Below, piece after piece: positions 59,715-64,000 of a stretch of 64,000 nucleotides of DNA (within the stretch, counting starts at the first letter, position 1; every line of letters begins with the position of its first letter). Where the stretch lies: assembly GCA_965601925.1 (NCBI GenBank), contig OZ271854.1, forward strand, positions 2,144,001 through 2,208,000, given 5' to 3'. The translations under genes and the position numbers were made by a program. The DNA comes from Alkalispirochaeta sp. (GTDB taxonomy: Bacteria > Spirochaetota > Spirochaetia > DSM-27196 > Alkalispirochaetaceae). Below the pieces are notes generated by a model. The model was not told where the DNA came from. It made no database searches and saw nothing but the letters and a program-made list of their open reading frames with translations.

Positions 59715-60740
59715 CTAAAACTCTCCGGGATCGGAGGTGTTCGTACCGATAACAGCCTGAGGCGGTGAGGAGATATAGAGATAGAAATCATCCTCTACGC
59801 CGAAGGTGATCGTCCCGTAGTCGAATCCCGCCTTGACGGCCGAGAAGTTATACACGCCGTTGGGAGCGTTGAAGAGCGCTACGCCGCCGTCGACCGAGGA
59901 TCCGATCTGCGTCGGATCGGGTACAACCTGCTCGTTGAAATAGAGCGTGATGAGGGGAGAGTTGGGAAGCAACACCTCACCGGTATCGGCGTTAATGAGG
60001 AACGCACCGGGGTCTCCGTGGGGGAGTCGATCGTCGGTCATGGAAGCCCACGACTTGCCGATCGTCGTAACCAAGATGGTGTCGATCGTATAGTTCGGGT
60101 CGCCGGTAGCGGCACGAATCGCCTGCTCCACATCGAAGGCGGCGGCGGTAAGGTACAACTCGTCGGGAAGCTGGATAGCGCGATCGGTGATGTCCTCGTT
60201 CTCCACGATGAACGTCTCGGACTTGACCGTCACGTCCCGATACTGAATCGGGATACCGGAGATTGCGTTGAAGCGATCCTCGGTCGCCGCGTCGAAGAAA
60301 TCCTTGTTATACACAATCGACAGATCGAGGGGACGATCCGCCCGCTTGAGGATCTTTACCTCCCACTCGCCCTGAGCGTCGGATCGAACATTGAGGAAGC
60401 GCGTGAACGGATACTCGGCAAACCAAATGTGGGTATCCGGTTCGCCGGCGCCGTGTTCCTTGAACTCGCCGGTAAAGACGTCTACTCCGAACTCGAAGAC
60501 CTTTCCTCTGAGCGTCACCAATGTGAGACGGGGGAAAAGAATACCGCTCGCGTCTACGCCGGAAGAGGATTGCTCTATCTGCCGGAGCGCCTCTTCCTCG
60601 GAGATTGCAATTCCCTGCGTTAGATCCATTACCATATCGTCCTCCGTTACCGCGTCGTCCGAGCCGAGCGATAGGCTACACGCCGAAAAGAAAGCGACCA
60701 GTACACCCGCCAATAATAATCGATATAATATTTTGTTCAT
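59715..60740 (-). CDS. Hypothetical lipoprotein
   Basis: Signal peptide with FSAC lipobox. Confidence 0.75.
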   Translation of the reverse strand: MNKILYRLLLAGVLVAFFSACSLSLGSDDAVTEDDMVMDLTQGIAISEEEALRQIEQSSSGVDASGILFPRLTLVTLRGKVFEFGVDVFTGEFKEHGAGEPDTHIWFAEYPFTRFLNVRSDAQGEWEVKILKRADRPLDLSIVYNKDFFDAATEDRFNAISGIPIQYRDVTVKSETFIVENEDITDRAIQLPDELYLTAAAFDVEQAIRAATGDPNYTIDTILVTTIGKSWASMTDDRLPHGDPGAFLINADTGEVLLPNSPLITLYFNEQVVPDPTQIGSSVDGGVALFNAPNGVYNFSAVKAGFDYGTITFGVEDDFYLYISSPPQAVIGTNTSDPGEF

Positions 60741-61067
60741 CTTGTGCCTCTTTTGCCATTATTGGACATTAGGTGACGTTGCACAACCTATTTCTCGAGT
60801 GAAAGGGTAGCGGAAGGCCGACGAGTTTCGACCGTCGGTTCACGATTGGGCCCGGACGCGTGTGCGGAACACCTCGTATCCGATCGGTATGACGATCCCG
60901 GACGCCGCACATCAGTGCTTCACACGATCGTCTATGAAGTCATGCGCCACGTGCGGCCGCCGCGGTGGTGTCGCTTCGTATCCGGAGTTTTCGTAAGCCG
61001 TTATTGTGGGTATTGCCCCACAGGATCACAATATGGAACCTGTGGGGCGGTGTCGCATCGCGCGCTG

Positions 61068-61694
61068 TTACGCCGATGCGCGCTCGCCGACCTCGCCTAT
61101 CCTCTCGCCGTTGAGGTAGAGCTCGGTCACCGACGGAGTCTCCCGGGCGACGGTCTGAAGCGCCATGCACGCCTGCTGTACCCAGGCGACGAACTCCTCG
61201 AGTTTCTCCGGCGCCTCGGGACTCTCGATCACAAGGTGCATCTCGTTTTTTTCTCCGGAGCCGAAGATATCTTTCGGGTGCATGGCGCCCAAGGTCCACG
61301 TGGTGGAGTACGAGGTCTTCTGCTCCAGTATCACTCTATCGAGCCGAATATCGAGCTGCTTAGAGACGATCTCAACGTGTGACATGAGGCAGAATCCGAT
61401 GCCGACGGTAAGATACATGAGCGGCGAGGGGGCGAGGCCGTTACCCCCGATGGCCGTGCCTTCATCGGAAACGAACTCCCAGGTGCCGCCGTTGGGCACA
61501 TTCGAGAAGAGCGTTGCACGTTTGAGATAGTCGGCTTCCGGGACGAGCTCCACGTTGACATGGGCATCGAACTGAAGGCGCTCGCCCTCTCGTACCTTCT
61601 TGAAAAACGGCGCCTCGAAGGTCTTTTGCGAACCGTCTCGATCAACGCGTCTTACGATGGCGCGTTCGGACATATCAAACTTCGGTAGACCCAT
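61068..61694 (-). CDS. OsmC-family protein
   Basis: SDEG.AIGG...AP.PL.Y...IGFC and second Cys (QACM). Confidence 0.8.
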   Translation of the reverse strand: MGLPKFDMSERAIVRRVDRDGSQKTFEAPFFKKVREGERLQFDAHVNVELVPEADYLKRATLFSNVPNGGTWEFVSDEGTAIGGNGLAPSPLMYLTVGIGFCLMSHVEIVSKQLDIRLDRVILEQKTSYSTTWTLGAMHPKDIFGSGEKNEMHLVIESPEAPEKLEEFVAWVQQACMALQTVARETPSVTELYLNGERIGEVGERASA

Positions 61695-61829
61695 AGGTTA
61701 CTCCTTACGTTCCGTAGATTGCGGTGTTTTTATACTGACCGCTCACTACAATTATAACTCTGAAAAAAAATACGTCAACCGTTTCGAGACAATTGTTGAG
61801 AAAAAAAGTCAACGTCTTGCGAAGACCTT

Positions 61830-62405
61830 TCAAAGGCGGGGTGCGACGATATCTTCGATGATCCGGTGGACGAACTCGCGGTCGGTCCGCGCATCGGTGA
61901 GTAAGCTGTGCATCACCAAACCACTGAATAGAAGCTCGGCCGTTGCGGCGTGCCGCGGATGATCCTCGGCGTCGGCTTCGTATGCGCGCGCGATGAAGGT
62001 CGCGAGGAGTTGTTGGGCCCTATCGGCGAGTCGTGCCAGTCCGTCCGCACCCTCCGACTCGCTCAACCACGCGTGAAATGCGACGCGGACAACCTCAATC
62101 CGAGAACGGAGCTCACCGAGGATCGTAAGGGAGAGATCGACCATCGCGGCGGTCGGCTCGGCGGTCGGGATCGATTGCGCCATATCGGCGAAGTGTCCTT
62201 CGAGACTTCGCTCGGCGAGAATCGCGTCCAGTATTTCTCGCTTGGTCTTGAAGTGGTAAAAGAGCAGCCCTGCGGCGACGCCGGCTCGCGAGGCGATCTC
62301 TTTGGTAGTGGTGGCGGCGAAGCCTTTGTGAGAGAATAGATGCAGTGCGGCGTTGAGTATTTTCTCCCGTCCGGCGGCGCCGGACGGCGCTGTCGGTGCC
62401 GTCAT
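61830..62405 (-). CDS. TetR family regulator
   Basis: REKILNAA..LF..KGF..TT..EIA..AGV..GLLFYHF.TK. Confidence 0.92.
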   Translation of the reverse strand: MTAPTAPSGAAGREKILNAALHLFSHKGFAATTTKEIASRAGVAAGLLFYHFKTKREILDAILAERSLEGHFADMAQSIPTAEPTAAMVDLSLTILGELRSRIEVVRVAFHAWLSESEGADGLARLADRAQQLLATFIARAYEADAEDHPRHAATAELLFSGLVMHSLLTDARTDREFVHRIIEDIVAPRL

Positions 62406-62515
62406 GGAAGATCTCTATTTGTACCCGACTCCGGCGAGTGAGACAAGGCGCCCGGATAGTCTGTCCCGGGAACCACTTTTCGCGCAAAGACGGCTCGCCG
62501 GGTCGAGTGGCACGC

Positions 62516-62932
62516 TTACACCGTAACGGCTTGCCGCCAGGATTTCACGTAGGGTGTGTATTGCTTATCCTGTTGTACGATGTGGTCGGCCACCCAGCGT
62601 TGCAGGAAGTCGAGCGTTTCCACACTGAGAAGCATCGCACCGGACTCGAACCGACGTTGCAGTGCACTCACCTCGTCCAAGAGTCTCTTGTGGGCCGCGC
62701 GGTGGGCGGCGAGATCGGGGAACTTACACATCGCACAGATGTGCTCTTCGTGCTTGAAATGCTCTGTGGTATAGTCGCCGACCTTCTTGAGGATCTCACC
62801 TAACACGGCGTTCCCCTTCCCGGAACGCATGGCGTGGTATAACTCATTGAGAAGGTCTACGAGTTTTTTGTGCTCGGCATCGAGCTCGTCATCTTCGACC
62901 GAGAGCTCGTCGGTCCAATCGAGTAGTTGCAT
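62516..62932 (-). CDS. Bacteriohemerythrin
   Basis: W, D.EH..L, HFKHEE, H...H, W...HI...D. Confidence 0.92.
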   Translation of the reverse strand: MQLLDWTDELSVEDDELDAEHKKLVDLLNELYHAMRSGKGNAVLGEILKKVGDYTTEHFKHEEHICAMCKFPDLAAHRAAHKRLLDEVSALQRRFESGAMLLSVETLDFLQRWVADHIVQQDKQYTPYVKSWRQAVTV

Positions 62933-63084
62933 CTCGCCTCTCCTTGCCGGTCTCTTTTGGTGTGCCCGTATCGTCGCCCGTCGCCGGCGCAACGCCTGCA
63001 GCGTGCCGAATCGCGCCTCGCATGGGGCATGCTCCGTCGAACGGCGCGACGCGCGTATCGATCAAATGGACAAAATGAACCGGT

Positions 63085-63933
63085 GATGCGGAATGATAGG
63101 AAAAACTCTCTCGCTGCGCAAGTCTACGGCAATAGGCGGTGGTACACGTCGGAATCCAGCGGACACTATCGTGCCGCGACACCGCCGACGGTCGCATGGC
63201 CGGCGATCCACATAAATGATGCGTTGACCGACCCCGCGCTCATGGTGCTGCACCAGTTCGGCCTCGTGTCTCGCGAGCTGGAACGCGGAAGCGAGCGCCT
63301 GCTTAACGTTCGGTGCAACTACGGCGTCTCGATCATGACGAGTCAACTCGGGTGTGAAGTCGTGCCCATGGCGCGAGAACACAACTCGTTGCCGACGACG
63401 CGACCGCTGACCGGCGGGCGGGATGGGATTCGAGCCGCGCTCGAGGAGGGGGGCACCGCCCTTTTCCGCCGGACAAGGGGGGCGACGTCTTTCGTACCGG
63501 AGAACTCTTTCTCGAAACGTTGGAGCGGTATCCGGTGCTCAAGCGCTGGGTTCGCCTCTACCATCCCGATACCCAGGGCCCGATGGATAACGCTGAGCTC
63601 GCGTGGGGCAGCGATATCTTTCTCGCCTTTTACGATACGCCCGATCTCCTGGCGGCGTTTCTGGACCTGATGGCCGACCACTTTATCCATTTTCTGAACG
63701 GTTGGTTCGCCTTAGCGAAGCCGGAGGAGCGCTTCAACACGCACTGGGGCATGATGTTTCGCGGTGCGGTGATGCTTCGTGACGACTCGCTGATGAACCT
63801 CTCTCCGGAGATCTACGAAACCTTCGTTCGCGATCGCGAACAACGGTGCCTTCGCGAGCTCGGCGGCGAAGGGTGCCGGGCGCGATCTCCTGGGGCGTGT
63901 CCACTGTTTTTCGGAAGAGCCGACCGCTCATAG
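63085..63933 (+). pseudogene. Frameshifted URO-D/methyltransferase-like gene
   Basis: RCNYGV in one frame, YHPDTQGPMD..EL.WG..IF and RDDSLMNLSPE.Y in another; shift near the G-run at ~63447-63480; ends approximate. Confidence 0.55.
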
Positions 63934-64000
63934 TGCGGCGGACCACTCGTAAGCCGCGGATCGGCGACACAGCCGCCCGCCTCAACTCGTGTTACACTAC

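Overview
GC-rich bacterial chromosomal segment in three parts. (1) 1-8.1 kb: a two-component-regulated sugar ABC uptake and catabolism operon (NanA-like lyase plus sulfatase). (2) 8-38 kb: a mosaic of small accessory genes (SDR, TetR, DinB, WYL, GNAT, APH, VOC, serine hydrolase) and pseudogenes, interspersed with degenerate minus-strand attC-like sites. (3) About 40-57.3 kb: an integrase-less integron-like cassette array read on the minus strand. It carries a Lamassu/ABC-3C defence operon, a Ppl-like PHP-ATPase, an unknown HEPN-like gene pair and three toxin-antitoxin (TA) cassettes. Three apparently identical IS1182-family copies are inserted at exactly the same nucleotide of the attC R'' box. 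Each insertion has a GTT duplication that regenerates the AAC core. All three TA cassettes in the array carry a different TA pair followed by the same ~110-bp covarying hairpin, which resembles a single-stranded-DNA (Frpo/ssi-like) promoter. In two of them the hairpin precedes the same 88-aa RHH/Cys-rich ORF. The window ends in ordinary genes (ABC exporter, lipoprotein, OsmC, TetR, hemerythrin). All family calls come from motif recognition by eye, with no database searches.
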